Assembly: GCF_006345805.1 (NCBI RefSeq)
Contig: NC_043004.1
Coordinates: forward strand, 7,440,001 to 7,504,000
Length of the DNA stretch: 64,000 bases
Reading direction: 5' to 3'
Source: Octopus sinensis
Taxonomy: Eukaryota
Both the position numbers and the translations under genes were made by a program. Each line of letters begins with the position of its first letter. The first letter of the stretch is position 1. Shown here one piece after another: positions 23,844 to 38,608 of this stretch. The notes under the pieces were generated by a model. It was not told where the DNA came from and made no database searches. It saw only the letters and a list, made by a program, of their open reading frames with translations.

Positions 23844-24436
23844 GGTGGTAGAGCTGGCAGAATCGTTAGCATGCCGGGCGAGATGCTTAGCGGTATTTCA
23901 TCTGCCGCTATGTTCTGAGTTCAATTTCCGTCGAGGTCGACTTTGCCTTTCATCCTTTCGGGGTCGATTAAATAAGTGCCAGTTACGCACTGGGGTCAAT
24001 ATAATCGACTTAATCCATTTGTTTGTCCTCTCTGTATTTAGCCCCTTGTGGGTAGTAAAGAAATAGGTATTTCGTCTGTCGTTACGTTCTGAGTTCAAAT
24101 TCCGCCGAGGTCAACTTTGCCTTTCATCCTTTCGGGGTTGATTAAATAAGTACCAGTTATGCACTGGGGTTGATATAATCAACCTAATCCGTTTGTCTCT
24201 CCTTGTTTGTCCTCTCTGTGTTTAGCCCCTTGTGGGTAGTAAAGAAATAAGTATTTCGTCTGTCGTTACATTCTGAGTTCAAATTCTGCCACGGTCGACT
24301 TTGCCTTTCATGCTTTTGGAGTCGATTAAATAAGTACCAGATACACACTGGGGTCGATATAATCGACTTAATCCGTTTGTCTGTCCTTGTTTGTCCCTTC
24401 TGTGTTTAGCCCCTTGTGGGTAGTAAAGAAATAGGT
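23844..24436 (+). mobile_element. SINE family A tandem trimer
   Basis: One full head, then two further ~185-bp units re-entering at gtatttcgtctgtcgttac (about 24067 and 24251). Confidence 0.85.
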
Positions 24437-24782
24437 AGTTGTTGAAGTTTTGTGATAATTTAGTCTAACCTCAAATTTCTGTCCCTTTTCTTTCCCATGT
24501 CTCCCTATCCAGCATACACATGACATCATTGTTTTAATGTTCTTTTTTCATGCTAGCCTGGGTTGGACGGGTCTACAGCGCATAGCATGTCATTGCTATC
24601 CGTTGCAGGTCATCTTGTATGAGAGACTCAACATCCTCAACTCTCCACCTGACCGTCTCTTTTCATGGCTTTCTCACCTGTCGGCAGGTGTCCTCTACTG
24701 TTTGGCTTACACCAAACAGTCGTTGTTCATTCATGTTTATACTTTTTAACATCCAGCTTGCTTACTCAGCCTAGTCTTTCGT

Positions 24783-25323
<541 letters not shown>

Positions 25324-25489
25324 AGCATAGTAAATTCCATTGTCTCGACCACAGTCGAACGATGATGATGACATTTTCCAACACTTTGAATCTCTCTCTC
25401 TTTCCTTAATGACTACTGGCTGTACATCTTTTGTAAAGCTAAATCTACTTGAAACCTAGTCTCATGTCATTCAGTAGAAGAGAGAAAGT

Positions 25490-25690
25490 TGGTGGAAGCA
25501 ATGACATTGCCCTCAACATCAACAAGACTCTACCTGGCATGTACCTATTCCATTAAAACTATCTGCCAGTTCTCTTCATCTATATCTCATCTCTTCGATT
25601 GGTAGATTCCTATCAGATTACTGGAGCTCTCTCTGGCCCACATTCTTTCAACTCTGGTGTTCCCTAGGATTTGGTACTGGCCTCCAATAT
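25490..25690 (+). pseudogene. Degraded CR1/Jockey-like reverse transcriptase fragment
   Basis: Remnants IALNINKT (cf. IALDISKAFD) and FNSGVP*DLVLAS (cf. NSGVPQGSVLGP). Confidence 0.5.
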
Positions 25691-27569
25691 CAAACTTTTG
25701 TTTTTGAGGGGTTAGGGTTTGCTCATGGTTTCTGCAGGCCCTCTAAGACCAACTGATGCCATTAACATAACTGAGATACAGGAAAAATACACAAATGATT
25801 CCAGATGACCAACACCTGAGATATTGAACCAGGCATACTGTTTAGGATGGGGCTTGGTTAAGTGGACACAATATGGATGATTAGAAAATGAGAAACGTGT
25901 GGGCTTGGAGTGCCTGACTGGCAATGGTTTAAGACTGGCCAACTGCAGGGAACTGAGACCGTTTTAGTAGCCATAGGAAAAGTAGAAGGGTGACAGCAGG
26001 TCTTGTAGGATAGAGGCCGGAATATATTTGGTGGGAGTGAGTTTATGCCAATCAGTTGCCTGACTTTTCTTTGGGTACGGTCTAGGGGTCGGTGGGTTTG
26101 GTAACTGCACCATTCCAGATGATGTGGGGGAAACAGTACTCCTTTTGTGGATCCCTTTTTGAAATATTTCTTTATTCTTTATTGAATTAGTCTTTTGTAA
26201 CAGAATAAATTAAAGATGTTCCAATTTCTAGCACTTGCAATCTCTCCTTCGATTGTATAGCATAGTTTGTGGAACTGCTAATGTAATTAAATGTTCAAGA
26301 TTAATTGTTGTTATGATTATAATTAACTAGACTATTTACCACATCTTTACAGTTCATTTATGTCTACATTGTGTAAACTTTAGCGTTGGTCAGTTTAATT
26401 CCCTGTCATAATCTTTTCTTTTTCTTGGATGGATTTGGTTTATTGTTTCATCCTGAGTTAATTAAGGTAGTAATGTCCGTCTACCTACAGAAACGGCTGT
26501 GAATAAGAATATTCTGCAGTAAGACGCCTTACACTGTTGTGTAAATATGAACACTGTAACCATTCTTTCTAAAGATATGGTAAATACTGCAGAGTCTCTC
26601 CCTCGTTTTCATTCTCTGGTGTCACACTTCCCAGCTTTGTTTGCTTTTTATCTGTTTTAGTTGTATGATCGGTTAATCTACTTCCACCATCAGCTTTGCT
26701 AAGTTAATCAGAAGGAACATGAATTTGATTGAAAAAGAACAACAGGAAACCTATATTTCTTCATCCTCTACTGCATTATCCACAACACTAACATGGTGCT
26801 TTGTTTATATTTTCTCTTGTATATTATTTTGAAGCTTCCACAGATGTACACCTCTCCTATTTATCAACAAATAACAGTTGTGCAGTCAGATCTTATCTAC
26901 ACTTAGTGCCTATGTATTTTTTCTCTTGTCAGCAAATTCTTGATACGTACATCTTTAATTCCCAGGCAATGAATTATATTTTATTTCAATCTGTTTAATT
27001 CACATATATTATATAAACTACTTCCATTTAACTCTTAACTTCGACATTGCTGGTTATCACTTTCTAGAAATTGTTGCCATTCTTGACATGACCCAGCCCA
27101 CCAGCCAACCTGCTTGTATCATATAACCTCCACTTTTTATCTGTGCAAATATTAAGATATTCTATACATTATCACTCTTACCAGTAATTCTTGGCATTGA
27201 ATTATATTTCAGCTCACAAACTAGCATGCACTTTCCTCTCATGTGTCTAGTATTCAACCAATAGTTTGTACTGATATTCCTAGTTAACCATAGTGAGTAG
27301 AAGAAATGGTTAAAAGAAGGGTGTGACATTGTACTAGCTTAAAGGCTTTTTGCTCTCAAAACTTAGCCTGAAATTCTAGAATTCTTTTCACCTTGCTGCA
27401 GACAAACATTTGTTGTATATTTGGGTAGCACACTTAATTCAATGTATTTCACTTCATGTAGCAGTTTGCTAACAAATCTTAATTGAGTTTGTGTTCTCTT
27501 CAGGTTTGAACTTCTCTCCTTAGTGAACACTATAAAAACTCATCAAAGCATCGGTTTTTAAAAGACTTA

Positions 27570-27826
27570 AGGCATCAAGCTGGTAGAATCAGTTAGCACG
27601 GTGGGTGAAATGCTTAGCAGTATTTTATCTGTCGTTACATTCTGAGTGGTACGTAAAAGCACCCACTACAGTCTTGGAGTGGTTGGTGTTAGGAAGGGCA
27701 TCCAGCTGTAGAAACTCTGCCCCTGCCAGATCAGATTGGAGCCTGGTGCAGCCATCTGGCTCACCAGTCCTCAGTCAAACCATCCAGCCCATGCTAGCAT
27801 GGAAAGCAGACGTTAAACGATGATGA
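27570..27826 (+). mobile_element. Chimera: SINE A head (27570-27647) joined to SINE C body (27648-27826)
   Basis: gctggtagaatcagttagcacg...acattctgag|tggtacgtaaaagcacccactac...gacgttaaacgatgatgat. Confidence 0.7.
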
Positions 27827-27829
27827 TTA

Positions 27830-27876
<47 letters not shown>

Positions 27877-30588
27877 GTGCATTATCTAAAAACTGATTTA
27901 ACTTACTACTCGCTAAAGAGAGATTATTTTTATGCTTACTTAAGTTTTTTGTTCATTTCGTTACCTAAATTGTTTTGTACTCAACTCTCTTTGCGGTATT
28001 AGAAATGTAACTGTTTGTAATCACCGTGAATTTCATACTGATAGTATTGTATCCTTATAAATTACCAACCAAAATTACAGTTTGTACCAAACTACAGCAC
28101 AATTGACTACATTTAGTGATCTTCGGTGTTAGTCAGTTGATTGTCTCTTGTTGCCAATTTTCAGCTAATCTACCATTTCTGGCTGTTGCTTTTATCTGAT
28201 TCTGTCTTAAGGCAGTTCCTTAGTTAAATGTTATTCTTTCTCAGCACATCATGTTACGATTTCTTTCTTTGGTTTTGGATTCTCAGATTTTCTTTTTCCT
28301 TTCTGAACACATCCAACTGTGCTGTGATAACATCTTAATTAGTAATTATACTTTTGTTTCTTTTGTAACTAAATTATGTGTGTGTGAATAATTTTTAATG
28401 TGTGCTACACCTGGATTAGAGTAAATTAGTGATGGAGGTGGGGGAATTCTTTGAAAACAAATAAATTTGAACTGCAGTTTTCATTTTATTTCCATATTGT
28501 GAACATAGGTGTGTTACCAACTAAAGAATTTCTTCTTGTTTCATTCTTCCATTTTAACTTTGATTATTTTAATGAGTACCCATCATCATCATCATCTACA
28601 CCAAACTCTACGCCATTGTCACCGTGGCTTTTCCTCTAAGAGTTGTGAATCTCTTTGCAGTCACTAACCAAGTTCTATACTTATCTTGCAGCTTCCAAAC
28701 CTGTGGTAAAAGAGACAAAAACCATGATGATACATACAGTATCTTTACAAGAAAGATTTGCCGACTATATTTCACAAGGTGATATTGCTACTTCTTGTCC
28801 CACCCATGGTTAAAAACAGTTATCTCTTGTTATTAGTCCGAAGCTGCTTTCTGCCACCCTACCCCATGCTATTTCACCTTAGTTAATTATCTCTTTCAAA
28901 CCTGTAAGGTCACCAAGCAGATAAAATTCCTCATGTCAACCAAGACAGAGCAACCTACATATTTAAGAAAAGCATTTCTCTGGTAGATTGGATCTGACAT
29001 TTTTATGGCTGGCACTTGCTCCTCTGAAGAAGGTGTAAGTGAAAAGAAGCACTTTTACAGAGCATTTTTATTGCAGTTGGATATAAAATGGTTACTAAAG
29101 TATTTAAATCTAGAATTATAAATATTTATCTATTTCTATTTTATAAGTATCTGGACTCTTTTGAAAATAAAACCTACTTTTAGTCATCCCTTCTATACAC
29201 AAGTTATGTTTTGAAGAGGGTTTTAACAGTGCACTGTTTTTCGATGGGCCAAAAGAAAATCTTGTTTTATGATATGAAATGAATTGCCAAATTAGTCAGG
29301 ACGCTCAACAAGTGTTTAGTCAAGTGGCAGCTGTTGACTAGCTCCAGTGAATTAAACCAGTATGCTTTGATCTTTAAAAAGGACAGTTGTTGTTACTGTT
29401 GCTTTAATCACTTTAGCTGTGTATGTTGGTCCTTTTGGTACAAGTTATTTTACTTAAATAACTCCTGTTAGTCTTAATCTGTTGTAAGGCCACCAAATCA
29501 GCAGAGCATATAATAACATTAGTATATTTAACAGAAACTGTCAGTGTTTCTGTTCACGAGACTAGCCTTATAATTAATAGGCTTTGAGAACTGACCAAAG
29601 CTTGAGTCATTGACTGCTTGAAATAAACATAAAATGTCAGCTATCAAAACCTGTTTCACCCTTCACTCCATGCTAATAATGCTTTCATTGAGTTCAATGA
29701 TAATGGAGAAATACCTTACAGTGTAAATCTTGCCAGGGTCGGCTCTGCTTTTTCTTCCATCTGGATCCATAAACACCAGTTCTCTATCAGAATCGGTTTA
29801 GTTTACTATATTTTTATCTTGTTTCAGTTTGAGAAATCGTTATTTCATTGGTGAGTCCCCAAGAAATTAATTAATTAATTAGTGAGGTCCTCTAGTGTAG
29901 CTCAATTTACATTGATTTCTTATGTCGATACTTTAGTTAATCAATAGGTGTTCTGTTGCCCTGTTAATTGGTTGACATCTAATCAGCCAGGAAGACTCGT
30001 TCTTGTTCATCTTAATGCTTGGATAACGAAGAATAACTATTTTGTTATTCAAATGTTCTTTGTTATTCTTTGAATAGCAAGGAAGAAGAAGTACTGTGTT
30101 TGAAAGAGAAATTACTCTTTGAAGTAGGCATCCCCCAAACGCTTAACAATTCTCTTTAAATTTGGAAGGGACTATGTCTGTAGAGGTAAGTGAAATAAGC
30201 GATATAGTTTACCAACGGGGCTTATATTTTCCACTTGAAAACTCATCCATTTTCTAGGTTTTATTATTGCTTTACAACTTGGTTAAAACATAACTAATAA
30301 TATTAGTTTGTTTAGAATGTTCTAGATTTAACTTTTAACAAGCTAGTATATATAGCTGCTCTTAACAAATTTGAAACATAACATCTCTTAGTACTAATAA
30401 AGTCTAGTGACAAGTCCATTGGTGCTAACAGTCATAAACCACGAGGGCATTGCTAACAAAGATCAGTTGTACTGGTGCTAACAAATCTTGATTTATTCTA
30501 ACCTGAACTGTTTATTTTTAAAATATTTTGTTTTTCTCCAGCTTCAAACATAAAGCTTTTCAACCATTTTTTGCTTTGGTTTTAAATT

Positions 30589-30740
30589 TACAAGGTTGGT
30601 TCAACTGGAAATGATTGAGAAAAAATGGCTCATATTTTGAAATATGATGCATTATTAATGAAATTATTGTAAGAGGAGAAATATGTAAATGTTATAGTTT
30701 TTCATATGAAAAATTGTTTGCATTTGAACCATCCTGTGTA
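30589..30740. mobile_element. Possible Tc1/mariner MITE
   Basis: Imperfect TIR tacaaggttggttcaa / ttgaaccatcctgtgta. Confidence 0.4.
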
Positions 30741-33024
30741 ATTTTTTTTTCTCGTTTTTTTAAATTCTGTTACTTTGGTGGTATTAGTATTAGAGGAATG
30801 GTTATCAACTCTGTTTCACTAAAGACTAGGTTTTTGGATTCACTGGTACTGCAACTTTGGCATCTGCAGTTATGCTAAACTTTTACTATGAGTTCCATGT
30901 CAAAAGATATTATGAAGGATGGGCCAACTGTCTCAACCAAACATAGTGAAAGTGTATTAAAGCAAGAATTTCAGAGAAATGCAAGAAATTAAGAATAAAT
31001 TCTATTCCTATTAGCAGACTAGATTAAGTATGATAACTCATGGCGTTGTATTAGCGAGTATTTGTGAATGGTGGAGATCTGCATCGATATGAGAGGAACC
31101 TGTTAATTAACGCGTATTGACTGCAATGTTAAGATATACAGAAGTTTGGGAACAAAGTCCTAAGTTAATGTAATTGGAAGAAATGCCCAGACACAAGTGA
31201 ATGGATGGTACACGAGTGTTTGCTGTAACAGATGAGCTGCGATTGTGTGGGAGGTAAATAGTGAACCACATACTTGAAATGACACAAATCCAAAGAGGCT
31301 TATCTCACTTACTACAAACTTACCAATGCCATTACTTGCATGAGAAACCAGACAGTAACATAAAGTGAAAGTTTTCTCTCTTTAGTATCGTGTCTAGTCA
31401 GAATATTTTATGCTTGACATGGCCAAATCCAGCCTCTCACGCCAACCCTACAATGATGTTATTCTGAAAATATACAATCACATTATTGAAATTTGAGGCA
31501 ACAAGATAATGAATGATTAATTCAAAACAATTTGAATAAATTAGCAATAGATTTGACAGAATAATTAGATTGTTAACGAGCAAAAGACAAATGATTGATT
31601 CCCCACTGGAATAAATTGAGAATTAATTTAGCTGCGGACATGAAATGATTGATGATTAGGCCTTTTGTGGCATTTGATTAAATGATTAATGTTGCTGGTG
31701 TTTGGGATTATGTCTAGTTTGAGACTAAATATGATCTACTGGTACCGACATTTTGGAGAACAAAGCTTGTCTTGATACTAATGCTGTAAAATTACTTCAG
31801 CACTTAACCGATCTTTGTAGAAAAGAATTACATCTGATTGGATAATCCTCAATATATAATAATCTTGGTATTTGTTTTACAAATTTTGCAATGAAAAGTA
31901 AAATTAATCTCAGAAGATAAGATTAAAGACTGCACTTTATTTAAATCAAAGCCTTTCCATTTCTGCCAACTCACATGTTTACGACATTACTGTAAATAGT
32001 TAAATATGAAGCGTAGATTTCTGATTTTAATGATTTCCATTTGTCACCCATCAATTCTTTGGCACCAGTCGTAAACAGGGATTTACAGAGTTCATTTCTA
32101 TTTGGTGATGGTTCCATTTTGTGCTTTTCCTATTTATATAATTCCTTGGTTCTACCTATTTACGAATACTCTATGCCTCGCCTATTTATAATACTCTCTG
32201 CTTCACCTATTTATAATATACTCTTCACCAATTTCTCCAACATCTGTCAAATGAAGTTTGTCTTATAAATTTTCGTTTGTTTTTTTTTTTGTTTTTTTGC
32301 ACACAGGTAAAAATGTTTGTTTCTTCATATTCCTTTTTTATATTTCAAATAAATCTTGCTTTCTCTGTGAAATAATTCTCAATGTCTAAAATTGTTATTG
32401 TTAAATGTTTTGAAGTTATTCTTATTAAAATATTGCAAATTCCACCTTAACCAATTTTTTAGTACCTTATGCCTTTCTTTTAAACCAATTTATGACAAAA
32501 AAAATTTTTTTAATAAATAAAAATGGAAATTTACTAAAAATTAAGATTTATATATTTTAAATTTAAAAAGTTTTTGATTTTTAAAAGATTTCCATTTTGA
32601 TCCATTTTAGTTGTAAATTAGTCCTTCAAAGAAGGATTAGGGTTATTTAGGCCCAAGAGATAAAGACGAATGGTTGTTGGCTGGATTGGCTGTTAAACAT
32701 TTTATTGACTTTAAAAGATGAAAATCAATGTCGACCCCCAACTGAATCTGAATTCAAAATATAGAGACGTGTCTTGCCAAGCATTTTGTTCACTCTACTG
32801 ATTCTGTTAAATATTATCTTTAATGATGAAGATTCAATTAACAGCGAAGAGATAATCGAATTGTTGAGGTTTGCTGTTTTATTGTTGAAATTTCATGAAG
32901 TCAACTTCTTTATTCTAATCAAATGAAACCTGATACCAGAACAGCAAATATGCTGGTGTTTGGTGAATTCTACTCCATCAGCATCACATTTTCCTTTATT
33001 TGGATCGGCTAGTAGTGACTTTTT

Positions 33025-33380
33025 TGTCTTTTACTGGTTTTATGCTGGGGCATTGTATTGAAGAATTTTAATTAAATGAATTGACTCCAGTACTTTTTTT
33101 TAAAAGCTTGGCATTTATTCCCTTGGTCCTTTTGCTGAAGCACTAAATTATGGGGACGTAAACACACCAACACTGGTTACCAAGCGGTTGTGGGGAACAA
33201 ACACACATACATATATAAACCAGCTTCTTTCAGTTTCTGTCTACCAAATCCATTCACAAGGCTTTGGTTGGTCTGAGGCTATAGTAGAAGACTCCTGCCC
33301 CAATGTGCCACAAAGTGGGTCTGAACCAGGAACCATGTGATTGGAAAGCAAACTTTTTGCCAGGGCCACTCCTCAGCCAT
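33025..33380 (-). mobile_element. SINE family B, diverged
   Basis: Colinear with family B. Confidence 0.75.
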
Positions 33381-34233
33381 TATCTCCAGTATTAAAAACC
33401 TTAGACATATTTGTTTCCACAGCTATGTTCAGCCCCAACTCTGTAAAAGGAAGACCATTAAAATATTAATAATTGTGTTATTAAGGAACAAAAAACTTTC
33501 TATTTAATACTGAAGAAGAAAAAGACTTTTCTTTTTTCTTATTAAAAGAATGGTTGTAGGGACAGATTAAACAAGAACTATTTCATACACTTTTATTACA
33601 TGGAAGGGGAGAACGTTTTTGGCATTTCAAGTATACTGATATTTATGAGACAGATTATTTAGTTTTTAAAGTTCAGCAAGATAAATTTAAAACTTTTTTT
33701 TTCCCCTTACCAATCAAAATAGATAATTCTTGAAGTATTTCAGTTTTAGGTTTCCATAGTGACTACATTTACAGTTATTGATAGACAAATAATGTTTTAT
33801 TTTTGAATAATTCTATTTTATTCACAATATTTTGGTTGTTGTCAATCTGGTTACTTACTGTATCTCTAATTTCAACTCCACCCAAGAGTTGTTGAGAATG
33901 GTCATACCATCCAGATTACTACAGAGATAAAAAGTTGTTCTATCAGATGATAGAGTTGAGTGAGTGTGTGTGTGTGGTTGGGGTGAATAAAGAAAGAGAG
34001 AAGTGCAGAGCTATGGGACACTGATATTTATAAAGATAAATGATAAAGAAGGTACAGATGTTACCGTTCACAGACACAGCTTTCTTCTTGTTTACATTAG
34101 TTGTGTGATACACATGTGTCAGCTTCACATGGAGCTCATAACTTCTTCTTTCTTAACAACACATAAATGTTGAAGATTTGATAATTTAGCATGTTATTCT
34201 TGCATTTGGATTACGTCAATTTCTTTTATTTAA

Positions 34234-34434
34234 CCTTTTAGTATTTAAACTGGTCGTATGTGGCCCAAATATGCTTCCTGCTCTGTTCTAACCAGCCAGA
34301 TCCAGCCTATCACACTTGCCTTTCAAGGCCACTATAAAATATACAATTTCATCATCAAAATTCTGAAGCAACAAAATAATCCATGATTAATGAAAAAGCG
34401 GAACATTTCACAGAATAATCTCAATGCTAAATGG
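34234..34434. mobile_element. TTAA MITE family P2
   Basis: ttaa-ccttttag...ctaaatgg-ttaa. Homologous to about 31380-31577 and 62033-62251. Confidence 0.65.
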
Positions 34435-34950
34435 TTAATTGTAATTAACCATTGATTTGGTCTTCAATTTGGCCTTCAGCATCTTTAGTGAAGAAATGTC
34501 ATTCCTGTCTCTGCTGGACTCGGATGTTGACAGATTGTCAAATGGATTATAGAAATTTCAGGCAAAGGAATCACCTTGTTTGTTATGTTTTGTGTTATTC
34601 GGAACAAAAAACAGCAATTCTATGTGGCACTCAGTTTGGTTGTTGAGTCAAGAATTTTCCTTTGTTACATTATCAAGCATTAGAAATATTAAATAGCTTC
34701 TCTAAACATCGATGCGTTCAAGTAGAATTTGAATTCATTTCTCCTAATTCAAGAATCCATTATTATCATCATTTTAGCATTGCTTTTTATTTTTTTTTTT
34801 TACCCTACCTATAAGTATTGTTGCATGGTAAGAAGCTTCCTCCCTAACCATATTGTTCTGATTTCAGTTCCACTGCAAGACACCTTGGAAAAGTGTCTTG
34901 TGAGTGGATGGAAACTGAAAGAAGCTCTGTGTATATTTATGTACATATCT

Positions 34951-35969
34951 TACAAGGGAGAGTCAAAGATTATACGCACTCATTTTTCCAGTGTCATCAT
35001 CATCATCATCATCATCATTATTTAACGTCTGCTTTCCATGCTAGTATGGGTTGGACGATTTGACTAAGGTCTGGCGAACCAGACTCCAATCTGATCTGGC
35101 AGAGTTTCTACAGCTTGATGCCCTTCCTAATGCCAACCACTCCGAGTGTGTAGTGGGTGATTTTCCGTGCCACCGGCACGAGGGCCAGTTTGGTGGTACT
35201 GGCAACGGCCACGCCCAAATGGTGCTTTTTATGTGCCACCTGCACAGGAGCCAGTCCAGCGGCACTGGTGACGACCTCGCTTGAATGTTTTTGTGTATTT
35301 ACATAAAAGCAGAGGATAAACACGTGCATAACTTTTCTGTATAGGCTCCTTCCTTTTTGATGCCTTTGGTCTGACAGTTCACAAGCTTGCATATTCCCTC
35401 CAAGAAGAAGGTTTTCGGTTGGGTGTGTAACCATTTAGGCACTGCTTCCTTCATGTCTTCATCTGTAGGAAATCAACAACCTCATAAACCATCTTTGAGC
35501 AGTCCAAAGATATGATAGTTGGAAGGGGTGAGATCTGGGCTGTAAGCCAGGGTGTTCCAGCACCTCAAAACCCAATCGGTTAATGGTTTCAACAGTCTGG
35601 TTGGCCGTGTGGGGGCGTGCATTGTCATGTAACAACAAAATTTTCTTCAACAATAGGCTTCGGTGCTTGGTGTGAATTCCTGGCATCATTTTGTTGGCCA
35701 GCAAAGCACTGTATCTTGCACTGTTGATTGTACAGTCCTTTCCCAGAGGAATCAGATCACTGCTCTTTGTTCTTCTTTGGTGCACATTGCTAGTGGAACG
35801 GCCATGCTTACACAGTATAGCCAGAAAAAAAAAATGGCATGATCAGGCTTGAACTTCGATCACGTGATCACAATAGTACCAACTATAAGCATGCAAGTGC
35901 AGAAGCAGTGTGACAATAATAACGATATGTTATGGTGAAAGCGCGGATAATGTTTGACTTCCCCTTGTA
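34951..35969 (-). mobile_element. Internally deleted mariner (DD34D) element, inserted in a SINE B and interrupted by a SINE C (34995-35290)
   Basis: ~30-bp TIRs tacaagggagagtcaaagattatacgcact / agcgcggataatgtttgacttccccttgta. Translation includes LLLHDNARPHTA..T.ETINRLGFEVLEHP then, after a frameshift, YSPDLTPSNYHIFGLLK. Confidence 0.9.
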
Positions 35970-36666
35970 TGTGTGTGCACCTTTGTGCCTGTGTTTGTCC
36001 TCTCAGCACCACTTGACAACCAGTGTTGGTGTGTTTACATCCCTTGTAACTTAGCAGTGCAGCAAAGGAGACCAATAGAATAAGTACTAGGCTTTAAAAA
36101 AAAAAAAGAATTAAAAGTGCTGAGGTCGATTCATTCAACAAAAATTTCATCAAGGCGATGCCCCAGCATGGTCACAGTGTAATAACTAAAAGAAGTAAAA
36201 CATAAAAGGTAAATACCTGCATGGGTTGGACAGGTATGCTAACGAGCATATCACAGCTTGGGTTGATTCTTTGTTAACTCGTGTGTGTAGTCCAATATCT
36301 TTAGATATCATTTCACCATTTCTTTCTTCATCTTCTTTCTCTCCAAGTGTGTTCCACAATAAGCACACAGCTATCTTCTTGGTTGATATTTACTGTTTAC
36401 CAATATATTTTGTAATGTATTACAGGAAATTGCTTTTGAATATATATTTTCCTATTTCAGTAAAACTCCAAGAGTCTCACTCAAGCAGCCTTGTATAAAT
36501 ACTTGTTTCCCAATTTAATTTTATTCTGTTGTTTTCTTTAAGCTTTTTACTGAGATTATAAAGAAATAATGAAGCTACCTAAATCCATTCTACAGCTCTG
36601 TACTTTCTTTTCCAGCATATAAATATACTTTCATATAGTGAATTTTGGACTATTGGTGACAGTTAA

Positions 36667-36888
36667 CCCTTTCATTACCAACCTGGCTGAAACCGGCTCT
36701 GGCTCTGTAATATAAATGTCTTGTTTTCATAAGTTTTGAATTAAAATCTTCCATCAAACCTTAGTCACAATTTATGTTCTTAACACTAGCTTAATGATAA
36801 CTAAGTTGTTTTACTAAATTCTTTGTTATATTTAAAATTAATTGATTGAAACACAGAGCATCTCAAAATAAATACGGTAACGAAAGGG
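36667..36888. mobile_element. TTAA MITE family P1
   Basis: TTAA|ccctttcattacc...ggtaacgaaaggg|TTAA. Confidence 0.88.
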
Positions 36889-37217
36889 TTAAACTGTGAG
36901 TCAAGATTTTAGAATATCTAAAATTGACCGATCAGTCTGGTACTCTTGCTATGTTTATTAAGTTACTTGGTCAATATCCTCTGAGTATCGTTCTATAGTG
37001 AAACCAAGTTTTAATTATTAATACGCTTAAGTGAATGATTACAAATACGTTGGTTTAAAAAATAAACTCATTTCTCAAAACAACCACCAGCTGTTTTTGT
37101 AACGACTTTATATTCCCCAACAACTAAGCTGCTTTAGCTAATTAATGAGATATAGATTAACAAAAATAATAATTAAGAAAACTATTAATCTCATTGGTTG
37201 AAAGTGCTGACTCGTGT

Positions 37218-37515
37218 CGCTTGTTTGTTCCTTCTTGAGCCATGCCTGGTTCATAAGGGCCGGTTTCCTGGTTTCTTTGGCGTGTAGGTTCCCCACCTGG
37301 ACGGGATACTGGTCCGTCACAGGTGAGCTGCAAGATGCAGGAGGAAAGAGTGAGAGAAAGTTGTGGCGAAAGAGTCAGCAGAAGTCCGCCATTATCTTCT
37401 TCCGGAGCCGTGTGGAGCTTAGGTGTTTCGCTCATAAATACACACATCACCTGGTCTGAGATTCGAACCCGTGATCCCTCAACCGCGAGTCCGCTGCTCT
37501 AACCACTAGGCCATG
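37218..37515 (-). mobile_element. tRNA(Arg-like)-derived SINE family D with a Meta/V-like 3' module
   Basis: Minus strand tggcctagtggttagagcagcggactcgcggttgagggatcacgggttcgaatctc (A and B boxes), then cctgtgacggaccagtatcccgtccagg...gaaaccggccc and an (AAAC) tail. Confidence 0.75.
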
Positions 37516-38489
37516 TGTTTGTCTTCATATTCCTGCAAGACAACTAATTTCTCTTTTACTACATGAGCACCAACTACCACAAACAAAATGAATAAAATGA
37601 AACAATATTATTGTCTGGAATAATCCAAAGACCTAGTTTTAGGTGAGATGACAGTAATGATGATAATACTGAGGAAAGTAAAGAATTTCTCTTTACCAAA
37701 GAGGCCTTGATTTCCTTAGGGAATTGCTGTTTCAGTCAACCAAGACAATTCCCTAAGTCATCATGATTGCCGGGGCTCCCCACTCAGCAGTTTTGTTAAA
37801 TTACAGATATCAGTGGGACCCCTTAATCTTACAATATTGTAGAGAGAGATGGAGTGAACTATTAAGGTTTAAGGTTTAAGTACTTTGGCCAAGAACAATG
37901 TATTACTCATGTCACAACATGGTCTGTTGACCTTTTGGTTATCTTATCAATCATTTGTCTTCTGTCTCAACTAAATAAATTCTGAAGGTCTATAAATTTC
38001 CTTGTTTGTACAGACTCAATTTTATAAGGCTTCGAATATTTTTGCTTTGTATCTTCACAAAATTTATCATGAGAGTATATATATAATATTATTACAAATT
38101 TGGGATTTTACCAATAGAACAACTCCTCTTTTAGGATAACCTTATTGTATGGAATACACATAGAAAGTTACTTCCAATAAAATAATTTAAGCAATTAAAA
38201 TAATCTACTATAAAATACAATAAAATTAGTTGGAAAAAATATATAACTTAACTGTTATTAGTCTGTGGGGAAAGAATGTATTTCTTTTTTATATTTACAA
38301 GATGATTTTAATTTAATTTTTTTTTAATTGACATTTTTAGTTTGGAAAAATATATATATAAAAAATTAGGGGTTAGGGGCGACCCCCTCCATCCCCAGGG
38401 CTGTTTTCACAACTCTTTATAAATGGGGAATATACAAGATCTCCTTTTTATGTCTTCCTCCCTTTCAATTTTGAAGTTATCAATTAGTG

Positions 38490-38608
38490 CCGAAAGGACG
38501 AAAGGCAAAGTCGACCTCAGCGGAATTTGAACTCAAAACGTAAAGACAGATGAAATATCACTAAGCATATCACCCGGCATGCTAATGTTTCTGCCAGCTC
38601 GCTGCCTT
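38490..38608 (-). mobile_element. SINE family A, 5' part
   Basis: Reverse complement of the family A head. Confidence 0.75.

Noticed and set aside
28692-28778. Possible phase-1 exon (MMIHTVSLQERFADYISQ)
   Set aside because: Weak donor (gtgata) and no recognisable homology.
30174-30191. ATG TCT GTA GAG|gtaagt as a coding first exon
   Set aside because: Strong donor but phase 0. Splicing to 58710 gives AAC GAA TGA (stop). It could only be a non-coding alternative first exon, and there is no supporting evidence.
30900-31105. Possible Tc1/mariner C-terminal remnant
   Set aside because: Only a faint W..CIDMRG similarity with no TIR, too degraded to support.
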